Below are positions 9,793-19,479 of a stretch of 64,000 bases of DNA, piece by piece. This DNA is from Caulobacteraceae bacterium (lineage in GTDB: Bacteria; Pseudomonadota; Alphaproteobacteria; Caulobacterales; Caulobacteraceae). The notes beneath the pieces were generated by a model. The model was not told where the DNA came from, ran no database searches, and worked only from the letters and a program-made list of their open reading frames with translations. Made by a program: the position numbers and the translations under genes. Numbering within the stretch: position 1 is the stretch's first letter; every line of letters begins with the position of its first letter. The DNA lies in assembly GCA_036388855.1 (NCBI GenBank), contig DASVRA010000011.1, positions 38,253 to 102,252 on the forward strand, written 5' to 3'.

Positions 9793-10350
9793 CTACCTGG
9801 TGCCTTGTTCAAGCTGGCATTCAATGCCTCGCAGGGCAAGTGAACGGCAGACCTTGTCCAACACCACGTTATTGTCCCTATGCGAGACGAAGTACTGCCC
9901 TGCGAGTATCGCCTCCAGGCCACTCGGCATCGCCCAAATCTTCGATCCAAAGTTCTGACTACCGCCTTCCAGGTAGTAGGCGTGCGGGTTCTCCACTCGT
10001 CGATTGTTTTCGAAGACCAGCGGCTTGGCTTCGATCCACTGCTTGAACGCTCGGTGCACGGCCTCAAACCGAGTTGCGACCGCCCTCAGGTTCGAAGCAA
10101 GGAAGTGAACTTCTCCAACACTCCAAAGTACACCGCGCCTGATGTTTGGTAGGGCGACCGTGATTACGGGGGACTTATTCGTATCGATTGAGCCGTCTGC
10201 GGCATGAGCCAAGGGCCCGAACTCACGGAAGTACAGAGTACGGCCAATTTTGTTCGCCACCTCTTCAGGCGGGGCATTAAGACTTCGAAACCAGCCTAGC
10301 ACTTCGCTTTCACCGGCGGGCGCTTCAACGAAATGGTAGGCTGCTGACAC
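9793..10350 (-). CDS. orphan hypothetical protein inserted between gap and pgk
   Basis: 185-codon open frame (tail of ORF 9793..11184) lying wholly between the gap stop (10371) and the pgk ATG (9791). The only plausible start is GTG 10350. The TAG stop is 1 nt before the pgk ATG. Hand-counted lines are 53-55 % G+C, against about 70 % in the flanks. Amino-acid composition is protein-like, not Arg/Pro-rich shadow. No family recognised. Confidence 0.55.
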   Translation of the reverse strand: MSAAYHFVEAPAGESEVLGWFRSLNAPPEEVANKIGRTLYFREFGPLAHAADGSIDTNKSPVITVALPNIRRGVLWSVGEVHFLASNLRAVATRFEAVHRAFKQWIEAKPLVFENNRRVENPHAYYLEGGSQNFGSKIWAMPSGLEAILAGQYFVSHRDNNVVLDKVCRSLALRGIECQLEQGTR

Positions 10351-10370
10351 GGTGGAGCCCTGCAGAAGCC

Positions 10371-11378
10371 TCAGATGAACTTGCCGAGCTGCAGGGCGGT
10401 ATCGGCCATCTTGGTCGAGAAGGCCCATTCGTTGTCGTACCAGCTCAGCACACGGGCCAGCTTGCCTTCGATCACCTGGGTCTGGGGCAGGGCGACGTTC
10501 GACGTGGTGGCGGTGTGGTTGAAGTCGCTGGAGACCAGCGGCTCGGTCCAAACCGCGAGGGTGCCCTTCATCGGCCCCTCGGCGGCGGCGCGCATGGCCT
10601 CGTTGATCTCGTCCTTGGAGACGTCGCGCGAGGGCGTGAACACCAGGTCGACCACCGAGACGTTCGGCGTGGGCACGCGGATCGAGGAGCCGTCGAGCTT
10701 GCCCGCAAGTTCGGGCAGCACCAGGCCCACGGCCTTGGCCGCGCCGGTGGAGGTGGGGATCATGTTCTGGGCCGCGGCGCGGGCGCGGTAGAGGTCCTTG
10801 TGCAGCTGGTCGAGCGAGGGCTGGTCGTTGGTGTAGCTGTGCACCGTCGTCATGTAGCCGCGCTCGATGCCGCAGAGTTCGTGCAGCACCTTGGCCACCG
10901 GCGCCAGGCAGTTGGTGGTGCACGACGCGTTGGAGATAATGTCGTCCTCGGCGGTGATGCTGTCGTGGTTGACGCCGAAGACGATGGTCTTGGACACCCC
11001 GTCCGCCGGCGCCGAAATCAGCACCTTCTTGGCCCCGGCCTCGATGTGCGCCCGCGCCTTGTCGGCGGAGGTGAAGATGCCGGTGCATTCCAGCGCGATG
11101 TCGACGCCGAGGTCGCGGTGCGGCAGTTCGGCCGGGTTGCGCACCGCCGTGCACCTGATCCGGCCCAGGCCGATGTCGATCCAATCCTCGCCCGCGTCTA
11201 CGTTGCCGGGGAAGCGGCCGTGGGTGGTGTCGTAGCGGAGCAGGTGGGCGTTGGTGGCCACCGGCCCCAGGTCATTGATCGCCACCACCTCGATGTCGCG
11301 CCGCCCGTGCTCGAAGATCGAGCGCAGCACCAGCCGGCCGATGCGGCCGAACCCGTTGATCGCGACTCTCAGGGCCAT
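10371..11378 (-). CDS. gap: glyceraldehyde-3-phosphate dehydrogenase
   Basis: INGFGRIGR Rossmann start and catalytic SCTTNCLAP motif. GGGAG SD upstream. Confidence 0.95.
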   Translation of the reverse strand: MALRVAINGFGRIGRLVLRSIFEHGRRDIEVVAINDLGPVATNAHLLRYDTTHGRFPGNVDAGEDWIDIGLGRIRCTAVRNPAELPHRDLGVDIALECTGIFTSADKARAHIEAGAKKVLISAPADGVSKTIVFGVNHDSITAEDDIISNASCTTNCLAPVAKVLHELCGIERGYMTTVHSYTNDQPSLDQLHKDLYRARAAAQNMIPTSTGAAKAVGLVLPELAGKLDGSSIRVPTPNVSVVDLVFTPSRDVSKDEINEAMRAAAEGPMKGTLAVWTEPLVSSDFNHTATTSNVALPQTQVIEGKLARVLSWYDNEWAFSTKMADTALQLGKFI

Positions 11379-11502
11379 GCCGTCAATCTCCCAATGGCGA
11401 AGCCGCCCGGCGCTGGCGCGGGGCGGCTGAAGGCTGCGTATCCGTGTGCGGCAGGGATGTCGCGGCGTGACGCCGCAGTGTCAACCCTGCCGCCAGGGTT
11501 CG

Positions 11503-13290
11503 TCAGTGGCGGACCCGGACGTAGGAGCCGGGGGCAGCTTCGAGCGCCGGGAGCTTGCCGTCGCCCGGCGTGCGGGCGGGAACCTGCTCCTGGCCTTCGG
11601 TCGCCCAGGCGCGCCAGAAGGGCCACCAGGAGCCGTCGTGGCGCTCGGCCCCGGCCATCCAATCGTCGGGGCTCGCCGGCTTCTCTGGGTTGGTCCAGTA
11701 GCCGTGCTTGCCCGCCGCCGGGGGGTTGATCACGCCGGCGTTGTGGCCCGAACCCCCGAGCGTGAAGGTCACCGGACCGCCGAACATCTGGAGGCCCTTG
11801 TAGGTCGCCTGCCAGCCGGACACGTGGTCCTCCTTCATCGAGATGAAGTGGATCGGCGTCTTCACTTTCTTCAAATCGATCGGCTTACCGTCGATGGTCA
11901 CCCCGCCGGGCCGCGACAGCCCGTTTCCGCGCACCACGTCCTTGAGGTAGCTGTTCAGCAGGCCCTCGGGCATGCGCGCGGCGTCGTCGAACCAGAACAG
12001 CAGGTCCGAGGCCGGCGACTGCTCGCCCATCAGGTAGTGCTGCACGAACGGCCCCCAGATCAGGTCGTTCGACCGCACCACGCTGAACAGCTTGGCCAAA
12101 TCCTTGGCCTCGACGTAGCCCTTGCCCGACAGGTAGCGGGCGAAGGCCTCGGTCTCCCGCTCGCCCATGAACCCCGACCATTCGCCGAGCGCGGTGAAGT
12201 CGATCAGCGCCCCGATCAGCGTCGCGCTGGCCACGCGGTCATCCTCGCCGATCGCCTGCAAATAACCCAGGCTGATCGCCAGCAGTGTCCCGCCCATGCA
12301 GAAGCTGGTGACGTCCACCGCCCGCTCGCCGGTCGCCTGCTCGATCGCGCGCAGCGCCTCGACCACGCCCTCCTTGACGAAGGCGGTCAGGTCTTTTTCC
12401 CGGTGCGCCTCGTCCGGGTTGGCCCAGGAGATCACGAACACCGTCTGCCCCTGGTCCACCAGCCACTTCAGCAGGCTGGAGCGCGGCTGCAGGTCGAACA
12501 GGTAATACTTGTTGACCATCGGCGGCACCATCAGCACCGGCCGCCGCGCCACCGTCTCGGTGGTGGGGCTGTACTGGATCAGCTCCATCAGATCGTTGCG
12601 GAACACCACCGCGCCGGGCGTCGCCGCGATGGTCTTGCCGATCTCGAAGCTCTCGGCCGGGCGGCGCTGCACCAGGCCGTGGCCCCCGGCGGCGTCCTCC
12701 AGCGCGTAGGCCGCGCCCTGGAGCAGGTTGACCCCGCCGGTCTCCAGCGTCTTGCGCACCACAGCAGGGTTTGTGGCGGCGAAGTTGGTCGGGCTGATCG
12801 CAGCGATGAACTGGCGAATCAGGAAGGAGGCGCGCACGCGCGTGTCCTCGTCCAACCCTTCAGCTCCGTCCACCAGCTGTTGCAGCCGCTCGGCGGTGAC
12901 CAGGTAGGACTGGCGCAGGAAGTCGAAGCCGGGCTGGTCCCAGCCGGAGTCCTTGAAGCGGCGGTCGCCCTTGGCGGGCTGCACGGCCGGGGCGATCTCC
13001 TCGCCCATCGCGCGGCGAGCGGTGTTCTCGGCCACCTCGCCAAAGGCGCGCCAGGTCTCCGCCTGGGCCTGCGCCAGCTTCAGCGGGTTCGACCACAAAG
13101 CCAGACCGAAGTCGGTCATGGTCTTCAGCGCGGCGGACGGGTCATAAGGCGCCTCGGCCGGCTTCAGCGCGCGCTCGGCCAAGCCCCGCTGCACGGCGGC
13201 GGCGTTCTCGACGATCTCGGCCATCGCCTTGCCGGCGGCGATGAAGTCGGGCGCCTGGGGTGCGGTGTTCCAGAGTTCGGTTTTGGTCAT
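11503..13290 (-). CDS. phaC: class I poly(R)-hydroxyalkanoate synthase
   Basis: Lipase-box FCMGGTL and length 595 aa. ATG 13290 is preceded by AGGAGG. The ORF track extends to 13686. Confidence 0.9.
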   Translation of the reverse strand: MTKTELWNTAPQAPDFIAAGKAMAEIVENAAAVQRGLAERALKPAEAPYDPSAALKTMTDFGLALWSNPLKLAQAQAETWRAFGEVAENTARRAMGEEIAPAVQPAKGDRRFKDSGWDQPGFDFLRQSYLVTAERLQQLVDGAEGLDEDTRVRASFLIRQFIAAISPTNFAATNPAVVRKTLETGGVNLLQGAAYALEDAAGGHGLVQRRPAESFEIGKTIAATPGAVVFRNDLMELIQYSPTTETVARRPVLMVPPMVNKYYLFDLQPRSSLLKWLVDQGQTVFVISWANPDEAHREKDLTAFVKEGVVEALRAIEQATGERAVDVTSFCMGGTLLAISLGYLQAIGEDDRVASATLIGALIDFTALGEWSGFMGERETEAFARYLSGKGYVEAKDLAKLFSVVRSNDLIWGPFVQHYLMGEQSPASDLLFWFDDAARMPEGLLNSYLKDVVRGNGLSRPGGVTIDGKPIDLKKVKTPIHFISMKEDHVSGWQATYKGLQMFGGPVTFTLGGSGHNAGVINPPAAGKHGYWTNPEKPASPDDWMAGAERHDGSWWPFWRAWATEGQEQVPARTPGDGKLPALEAAPGSYVRVRH

Positions 13291-13300
13291 GGGGCCTCCT

Positions 13301-13480
13301 TCAGGCGGCCAGCAGGGCGTCCAGCGCGGCGCACGGGCGCGGCGACACATAGAGGAACGCGAGAAGGCGCGAAGGGTCGCTTTGGGCCAGCTCCAGCGCT
13401 GGGTCGGCGGCTTCCACCACGGGGGCCGCGGCGGCTTGCGAAACAGTGATGTTGATCGGCAGTTCGGCGTCGAAGGGCAT
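13301..13480 (-). CDS. possible 59-aa upstream ORF of phaC (below ORF-track cutoff)
   Basis: My own translation: MPFDAELPINITVSQAAAAPVVEAADPALELAQSDPSRLLAFLYVSPRPCAALDALLAA. GC-rich third positions. The TGA is followed directly by the phaC AGGAGG SD. Confidence 0.3.
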   Translation of the reverse strand: MPFDAELPINITVSQAAAAPVVEAADPALELAQSDPSRLLAFLYVSPRPCAALDALLAA

Positions 13481-13570
13481 GGCGGGACCTCTTGAGTGAG
13501 ACGGTTATACCGTGCGCGGACGCCAAAATCCACGCGTGTATTCGCAGAGCGGCTGTGCAAGAATACCCAT

Positions 13571-14470
13571 ATGGCCGACTTCGACTGGGACGCGCTGAAG
13601 ACCTTCCTCGCCGTCGCCCGCACCGGCCGCCTGACCGCCGCCGCCCAGCGCCTGGGCGCCGACCACACCACCGTCTCGCGCCGCATCGCCGGGCTGGAGG
13701 CGGCGCTGAAGGCGGCGCTGTTCCACAGGGCGCCGACCGGCTACACCCTAACCGCCCACGGCGAGCGCCTGCTGCCCATCGCCGAGTCTATGGAGACCCT
13801 GTCGCTGTCCGCACAGGGCGAGGTCGGCGAGGCCGACCTGTCGCTCTCCGGGGCCGTGCGTATCGGCGCACCCGAAGGTTTCGGCAGCTACTTCCTGGCC
13901 CCCCGGCTAGGCGCTTTCGCCGACGCCCACCCCCAGCTGAAGGTCGAACTGGTCGCCATCGCCGGGCTGTTCAGCCTGTCCAAGCGCGAGGCCGACATTG
14001 CCATCCACCTGAGCGCCCCGCGCGAAGGGCGCCTGGTTGCGCGCAAGCTCACCGAATACCGCCTCGGCCTCTACGCCTCTCCCGCCTACCTCGCGTCCGC
14101 GCCGCCGCTGGAGCGCCGCGCCGATCTGCCCGCCCACCGCTTCATCGGCTACATCGAGGACCTGCTGCAGAGCCCGGAACTCGACTACCTGCGCCAGGGC
14201 GAGATCCCCATCGACGCGCAGATCAAGTCCAGCAACCTGATCGCGCAGCTTGGGGCCGCGCGTGCTGGCGCAGGCTTGTGCGTCCTGCCCCACTTCATCG
14301 CCGGAGCCGACCTGCGCCTCATGCGTGTGCTGCCCGACCAGGTGAGTCTGGAGCGGGCCTTTTGGCTGGTGATCCACGCGGACCTGAAAGGCCTCGCCCG
14401 GGTCCGCGAGACCGCCGATTTCATTGTCGAGCAGGTGGCGGCCCAGCGGCGGCTGTTCCTCGGGGATTGA
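13571..14470 (+). CDS. LysR-family transcriptional regulator
   Basis: LysR HTH: WDALKTFLAVARTGRLTAAAQRLGADHTTVSRRIAGLE. Divergent from phaC. ATG 13571 lies inside ORF 13496..14470. Confidence 0.9.
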   Translation: MADFDWDALKTFLAVARTGRLTAAAQRLGADHTTVSRRIAGLEAALKAALFHRAPTGYTLTAHGERLLPIAESMETLSLSAQGEVGEADLSLSGAVRIGAPEGFGSYFLAPRLGAFADAHPQLKVELVAIAGLFSLSKREADIAIHLSAPREGRLVARKLTEYRLGLYASPAYLASAPPLERRADLPAHRFIGYIEDLLQSPELDYLRQGEIPIDAQIKSSNLIAQLGAARAGAGLCVLPHFIAGADLRLMRVLPDQVSLERAFWLVIHADLKGLARVRETADFIVEQVAAQRRLFLGD

Positions 14471-14524
14471 GCGCCGGCCCCGAGCTTGAACCTAAGCCGG
14501 AGCGTAGCTAACTCGCCCGCCTCC

Positions 14525-16135
14525 ATGGCCAATCCACACATCGAGCGCGAGGCGGCGAGGCGGCGCACCTTCGCCATCATTTCGCACCCCGACGCCGGCA
14601 AGACCACGCTGACCGAGAACCTGCTGCTGGCCGGCGGCGCAATCCGCGCGGCGGGGCAGGTCCGCGCGCGCGGCGAGAACCGGCGCACGCGCTCGGACTG
14701 GATGAAGATCGAGCGCGAACGGGGGATCTCGGTTTCCGCCAGCGTGATGACCTTCGACCACGCCGGGCTGATGTTCAACCTGCTCGACACCCCGGGACAC
14801 GAGGATTTCTCCGAGGACACCTACCGCACGCTGACGGCCGCCGACGCGGCGGTGATGGTGCTGGACGCCGCCAAGGGGATCGAGCCGCAGACGCTGAAGC
14901 TGTTCGAGGTCTGCCGCCTGCGCGACATCCCGATCCTGACCTTCATCAACAAGATGGATCGCGAAGCCCAGGACCCGATCGAGCTGCTCGACGAGATCGC
15001 CTCCAAGCTCGCGCTTGACCCAGCGCCGCTCTACTGGCCGGCCGGCTCGGGGCGACAGTTCAAGGGCATGGTCGAACTCCAGACGGGCCGCTTCCTCCCC
15101 TTCGCCCACCGCACCGGCGGATCGACGGGACCCGACGAGGGTCACCCCGAGGCTGTTGCGCTCAAAGGCAACGCGGTGGTCCAGTTCCTGGACGAGGCGG
15201 AGCAGGCGGATCTCGAAGAGTCCGCCGAGCTGGTCCAGCACGGCTATCCCGCCTTCGAGCGCCGGTCGTTCCTCGAAGGCCACATGACCCCGGTCTTCTT
15301 CGGCTCGGCGCTCCGCCACTTCGGCGTCGACCAACTGCTGGGCGGGCTCGGCGGCCACGCGCCAGCGCCCAAACCGGCAAAGGCGGAGCGCGCCGGAGCC
15401 GAAGCCTGTATCGAACCGGGCGCGGACGAGGTCTCCGGCTTCGTGTTCAAGGTCCAGGCGAACATGGACCCCAACCACCGCGACCGCATCGCCATGCTGC
15501 GGCTGGCCTCGGGCGAGTTCCGGCGCGGCATGAAACTGAAGGTGCAGAACACGGGGCGGCAGCTGTCGGTGAACGCGCCAATCATGTTTTTCGCTTCGGA
15601 CCGGGAGCTGGCGCAGGACGCCTTCGCCGGTGACGTGATCGGCATTCCCAACCACGGCGTCCTGCGGGTGGGCGACAGCCTGTCGGAGAGCGGCCTCTAC
15701 CGCTTCGCCGGCCTGCCCAACTTCGCCCCCGAAATCCTCCAGCGCGTGCGGGTCAAGGATCCGCTCAAAGCCAAGCACCTGAAGAAGGCGCTGGAGGGCC
15801 TGGGCGAGGAAGGTGTGACCCAGCTGTTCCGCCCGCTGATCGGCTCCGATTTCATCGTCGGCGCCGTGGGGCAGCTGCAGTTCGAGGTGATGGCCGACCG
15901 GCTGGCCAACGAATACGCGCTGGAGGTGATCTTCGAACCCGCCCCCTACGCCGAAGCCCGCTGGCTCGGTGGCGACCCGGCCGCGATCGAGGACTTCGCG
16001 GGCAAGCACCGCACGGCGATTGCCGAGGACATCGACTCCGCCCCGGTGTTCCTGGCCAAGTCCGCCTGGGAGACCGGCTACGTCGCCGAGCGGTATCCCA
16101 AGGTGGCGTTCCTGCGCACCCGCGAGCGGGGCTGA
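14525..16135 (+). CDS. prfC: peptide chain release factor 3
   Basis: GTPase G1 AIISHPDAGKTTLTE and DTPGHEDF, with RF3-length C-terminal domains. Confidence 0.95.
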   Translation: MANPHIEREAARRRTFAIISHPDAGKTTLTENLLLAGGAIRAAGQVRARGENRRTRSDWMKIERERGISVSASVMTFDHAGLMFNLLDTPGHEDFSEDTYRTLTAADAAVMVLDAAKGIEPQTLKLFEVCRLRDIPILTFINKMDREAQDPIELLDEIASKLALDPAPLYWPAGSGRQFKGMVELQTGRFLPFAHRTGGSTGPDEGHPEAVALKGNAVVQFLDEAEQADLEESAELVQHGYPAFERRSFLEGHMTPVFFGSALRHFGVDQLLGGLGGHAPAPKPAKAERAGAEACIEPGADEVSGFVFKVQANMDPNHRDRIAMLRLASGEFRRGMKLKVQNTGRQLSVNAPIMFFASDRELAQDAFAGDVIGIPNHGVLRVGDSLSESGLYRFAGLPNFAPEILQRVRVKDPLKAKHLKKALEGLGEEGVTQLFRPLIGSDFIVGAVGQLQFEVMADRLANEYALEVIFEPAPYAEARWLGGDPAAIEDFAGKHRTAIAEDIDSAPVFLAKSAWETGYVAERYPKVAFLRTRERG

Positions 16136-16154
16136 GGGCATCCGCCGCGCCTGA

Positions 16155-18436
16155 TCACTGGAAGTGCGCCTTGACGTAGTCGGTGATCGAGCCGCCCGAG
16201 AGTTCGGCGGTTGAATTGGCCCCCCGGACGTAGAACCTCTGCACCCCGCCGTCCTTGACGAACGCCGGCTTGGGGCCGCGTTCGCAGCGCACCACCAGGA
16301 TGCGCTCCGCGTCCTGGTCCTCGAAGTGGGGGTGGACGTAGGGGAGGAACACCTCCCCGATGCGGTCACGGATCAGGTTGACCAGGTGAAGGCTCATCTT
16401 GTCTTCGCTCTCGAACGCGTCGGCGGCGAGCCCGAGCACCTGTCCGCCGTCCGAAACGCCGATGATCAACGCCCCGCCTTGGGCGTTGAGGAAGCCCGCG
16501 ATCGTCTTCAGCGCCGCCAGGTGCATCTTCTCGTCAGTCTGGCCGGTGTGGAGGTTGGTGCGCAGCGTCGACTTGAACTCCACGCCGCCGCTTTCACCCG
16601 CTGCGATCAGCGCGCTCACCGACACTGGCGCGGGGGCGGGGTCCTCGCCCCTTCCGGTCAGGTCTTCGTAGGCGCGGCGGATGACCTGGGCCATGCGCAG
16701 CCGGCGCGCCTTCAGGAACTCGGGGTAGGACAGCTCCCACCAGTGCTCCGGCAGGGCGTGCCAGAAGCGCGACCTTTCTCGCTCCGCCGGCGACATCGCC
16801 GCTTCAAGCGCGGGCGCGTAGTCGGCGGGCGCCTGGTCGCTGATGTGGAGGTTGTCCGGCCACTCCAGGACGGCGAAGTTGGCGATCTGGTTGACCTCTC
16901 GCACCTCGCTGACGCCGAGCTTGGCGAGATAGGCCTTGGGAAACAGGTGGTGCTGCTCGAACGCGGCGCGTGATCCCTTGACGGCGGGATCGACCATGTC
17001 GCCGATCTTCAGCGGGCTATAGAGGGCGCGCGCGCCTAGCTTGATCAAGGCCGCCTGGTAGGCGGAGCGCGAGGGGCTGCGGGCCGCCGAGGTGGCCAGC
17101 GCCGATGGCAGGGAGATTTCCCAGTAGTCCTTGGTCAGCACCGTCCCGCACATTCCGCGCAGCTTCTGCAGGAAAGCGGCGCCGGTGGTGACGCCGCGCA
17201 ACTGGGCGATGTCGAACTCGAAGATGGTCTCGGGCGAGCTGGTGTATCTCCCGGTGAGCGAGCACATGAAGAAGAACTCGGCGATCCCCTGGCGGATCTC
17301 CTGCTTGGGCAGGCCGTAGTCGCAGATGCCGATCAGGTAGAGCACGTAGGAATAGATCACCGCCGTATCGGAGGTGATCATGCCTTCGTGCCGGTAGCCC
17401 GCGAGCTGCAGCGCGCTGAGGAAGTGGTGCCAGTTCGACAGGTTGAGCGCGCGCTCCTGAGCCGATTTCAGGATGGCGAACTGCGACTCGCGCTTCTGCG
17501 GATCGACCTCTCCGGTCGCGGCGTCCCGGCCGCGCAGCACGCTGTAGACGTTCTGCAGGCGGGCCCGCTTGAGGCCGAGCCCGACGCCCACGCGCAGCAT
17601 CTGGTCCGGCGAGGGGCGGATGAAATGATTGTAGGGCGACGCGCCGCCCGCGCCCGGTCTGGCGGCTTCGCGGGCGAAGCGCTCCAGCTCGGCCCGGCCC
17701 TGGTCCCAGAAGACCGACATCAGGGTCATGATGAAGTCGGCCTGGTTCAGTTTCTTGCCTTCGCCGTTGATCCTGACGAAGACTTCGGCCACCGCCTCCG
17801 GGTCCACGGAAGAGGACAGCGTCAGGGCGGTGAAGCTGTACTGCAGCAGGCTGTGGAGGTGGCTGATGGCGTCCAGCGCCGCCTCCTCCTCGTCCTCGGT
17901 GAGGTCCGGCCGGACGCCCTTCAGCTCCTTGATGTAGCTCCGCCGAACTGGAAGAGCTTGGTCTCCGGATGCCACAGGACCGAGATGTCGGGGATGTAGG
18001 TCTTGTCCTTGGCGACCGAGGCGTCGTGCACGTCGAACCGCCTGGCCAGCGGATTGAAGGCGATGCGGATGCGTTCCTTTCGGAAATTGGCCCGCAGCAC
18101 CTCCTTGGCCCGGGTGACGGCGTAGAGGGAAGTGAGGCGCTGCTGGCCGTCGACGATGGCCAGTGAAGACGCCTTCTGCCCCGCATTGGCGCCGATCGCG
18201 CGCAGGGTGGCGTCCGCGCCGGTCTCCCAGAACAGCAGGTAGCCGGCCGGATAGCCGCGATAGAGGGAGTCGAACAGGTTGCGGACATTGACGTTGGGCC
18301 AGACGAAGGGCCGCTGAATCTCCGGCAGGCCGATCTTGCCGCTGTCGATATCCTCCACCAGCGAGGTCAAGGGATAGGCGGTGGTGGTGAACAGGGCCAC
18401 GGAGCGTCCTGAAAATTGCAACGGTTCGGCGAGCAT
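16155..18436 (-). pseudogene. frameshifted GmrSD-type (DUF262 + DUF1524 His-Me finger) nuclease with C-terminal AlbA_2/Schlafen-type domain
   Basis: ORF 17921..18616 (from ATG 18436) carries IGLPEIQRPFVW and DGQQRLTSL. ORF 16155..18461 continues the same domain in another frame (VFVRINGEGKKLNQADF), then FEQHHLFPKAYL...NQIANFAVLEWPDN, then ESGGVEFKSTL...AGFLNAQGGALIIGVSDGGQVLGL. The frame change is near 17942-17956. Confidence 0.75.
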
Positions 18437-18554
18437 GGCCGGTCTGGTCGCTTCGCCGCAAGAGCTTAACCTATCCCCTGAGCGGCAGCCGACGGTGCAA
18501 GCGTCGCTATGAACCTCGGCCCCTCCTGGCCGTTCAGGCCGGACGGAGGCGGGC

Positions 18555-19478
18555 GTGAGCGATATCCTCGACGCGGTGATCATCGGCGCCGGCCCCGGCG
18601 GCCTTTCCGGCGCCATCTACCTCGCTCGGTTCCAGCGGCGCTTCCTGGTGATCGACTCGGGCGAGAGCCGGCTCGACTGGATTCCCTGCACCCACAACCA
18701 CCCTGGCTTCCCCGATGGCGTCGAAGGCCCGGTGCTGCGTGGACGCATCCGCGAGCAGGCTGAGCGCTACGGCGCGCGGATCAGGCCCGGCCGTGTGGTG
18801 CGACTGGCCGGTGGGGACTGGAACTTCGAGTTGGCGCTGGAGGACGGGGAGACGTTGCGCGCCCGCAAGGTGCTGCTTGCCACCGGCGTTATCGACAACG
18901 AACCGGCCATCGAGGGTTTCCGCGAGGCGGTGCGACACACACAGATCCGCATCTGCCCGATCTGCGACGCCTACGAGGCGCGCGGAAAAGCCATCGGCAT
19001 CGTCGGCAATTCGGCCAAGGGCGCGCGCGAGGCGCTTTTCCTGCGGGGATACTCCGACAAGGTGACGCTCATCCACGTTGGCGCCGCCGAGACCTTGCCC
19101 GATCGGGAGCGGCGGGAGATCGCCGAAGCGGGCGTCGAGCTGATCGTGACGCCGATCGAGGGGCTGCTGATCGGCGAGGACGAGATCGCGGCGCTGGATT
19201 TCGGCTCGGGCGGCGTGCGGCGGTTCGACACCCTCTATTCCGCGCTCGGCACGACGCCGCGGGGCCAGCTGGCCGAGCAGATCGGCGCGCTCACCGATCC
19301 CGGCGGCTGTCTGCAGGTCAACGATCATCAGGAAACCGCCGTCCCCGGCTTGTATGCGGCGGGCGACCTGGTGCGCGGCTTAAACCAGATCAGCGTGGCC
19401 CAAGGCGAGGCTGCGATCGCGGCGACCGACATCCACAACAAGCTGAGGCAGGCGGGCCTCGCCCAACAGGCCCCCTAA
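18555..19478 (+). CDS. thioredoxin-reductase-like FAD/NAD(P) oxidoreductase
   Basis: GAGPGG dinucleotide motif (VIIGAGPGGLSGAIY), CxxC in ICPICDAYE, and C-terminal GLYAAGD. GTG start with GGAGG upstream. Confidence 0.85.
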   Translation: MSDILDAVIIGAGPGGLSGAIYLARFQRRFLVIDSGESRLDWIPCTHNHPGFPDGVEGPVLRGRIREQAERYGARIRPGRVVRLAGGDWNFELALEDGETLRARKVLLATGVIDNEPAIEGFREAVRHTQIRICPICDAYEARGKAIGIVGNSAKGAREALFLRGYSDKVTLIHVGAAETLPDRERREIAEAGVELIVTPIEGLLIGEDEIAALDFGSGGVRRFDTLYSALGTTPRGQLAEQIGALTDPGGCLQVNDHQETAVPGLYAAGDLVRGLNQISVAQGEAAIAATDIHNKLRQAGLAQQAP

Positions 19479-19479
19479 C

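Noticed and set aside
11402-11491. Hairpins downstream of phaC (GCCGCCC-N12-GGGCGGC at 11402-11427; nested GGCAGGG...GCGGCG-TGA-CGCCGC...CCCTGCC at 11450-11491) as an intrinsic terminator.
   Set aside because: The stems are good, but no U-tract follows on the transcribed strand. They might be a Rho-independent-like pause or REP-type structure, so they are not annotated as a terminator.
17921-17960. Programmed ribosomal frameshift joining the two halves of the DUF262 gene.
   Set aside because: There is no slippery heptamer or downstream pseudoknot-like structure at TTCCAGTTCGGCGGAGCTACATC. A simple indel (mutation or assembly error) is more parsimonious.
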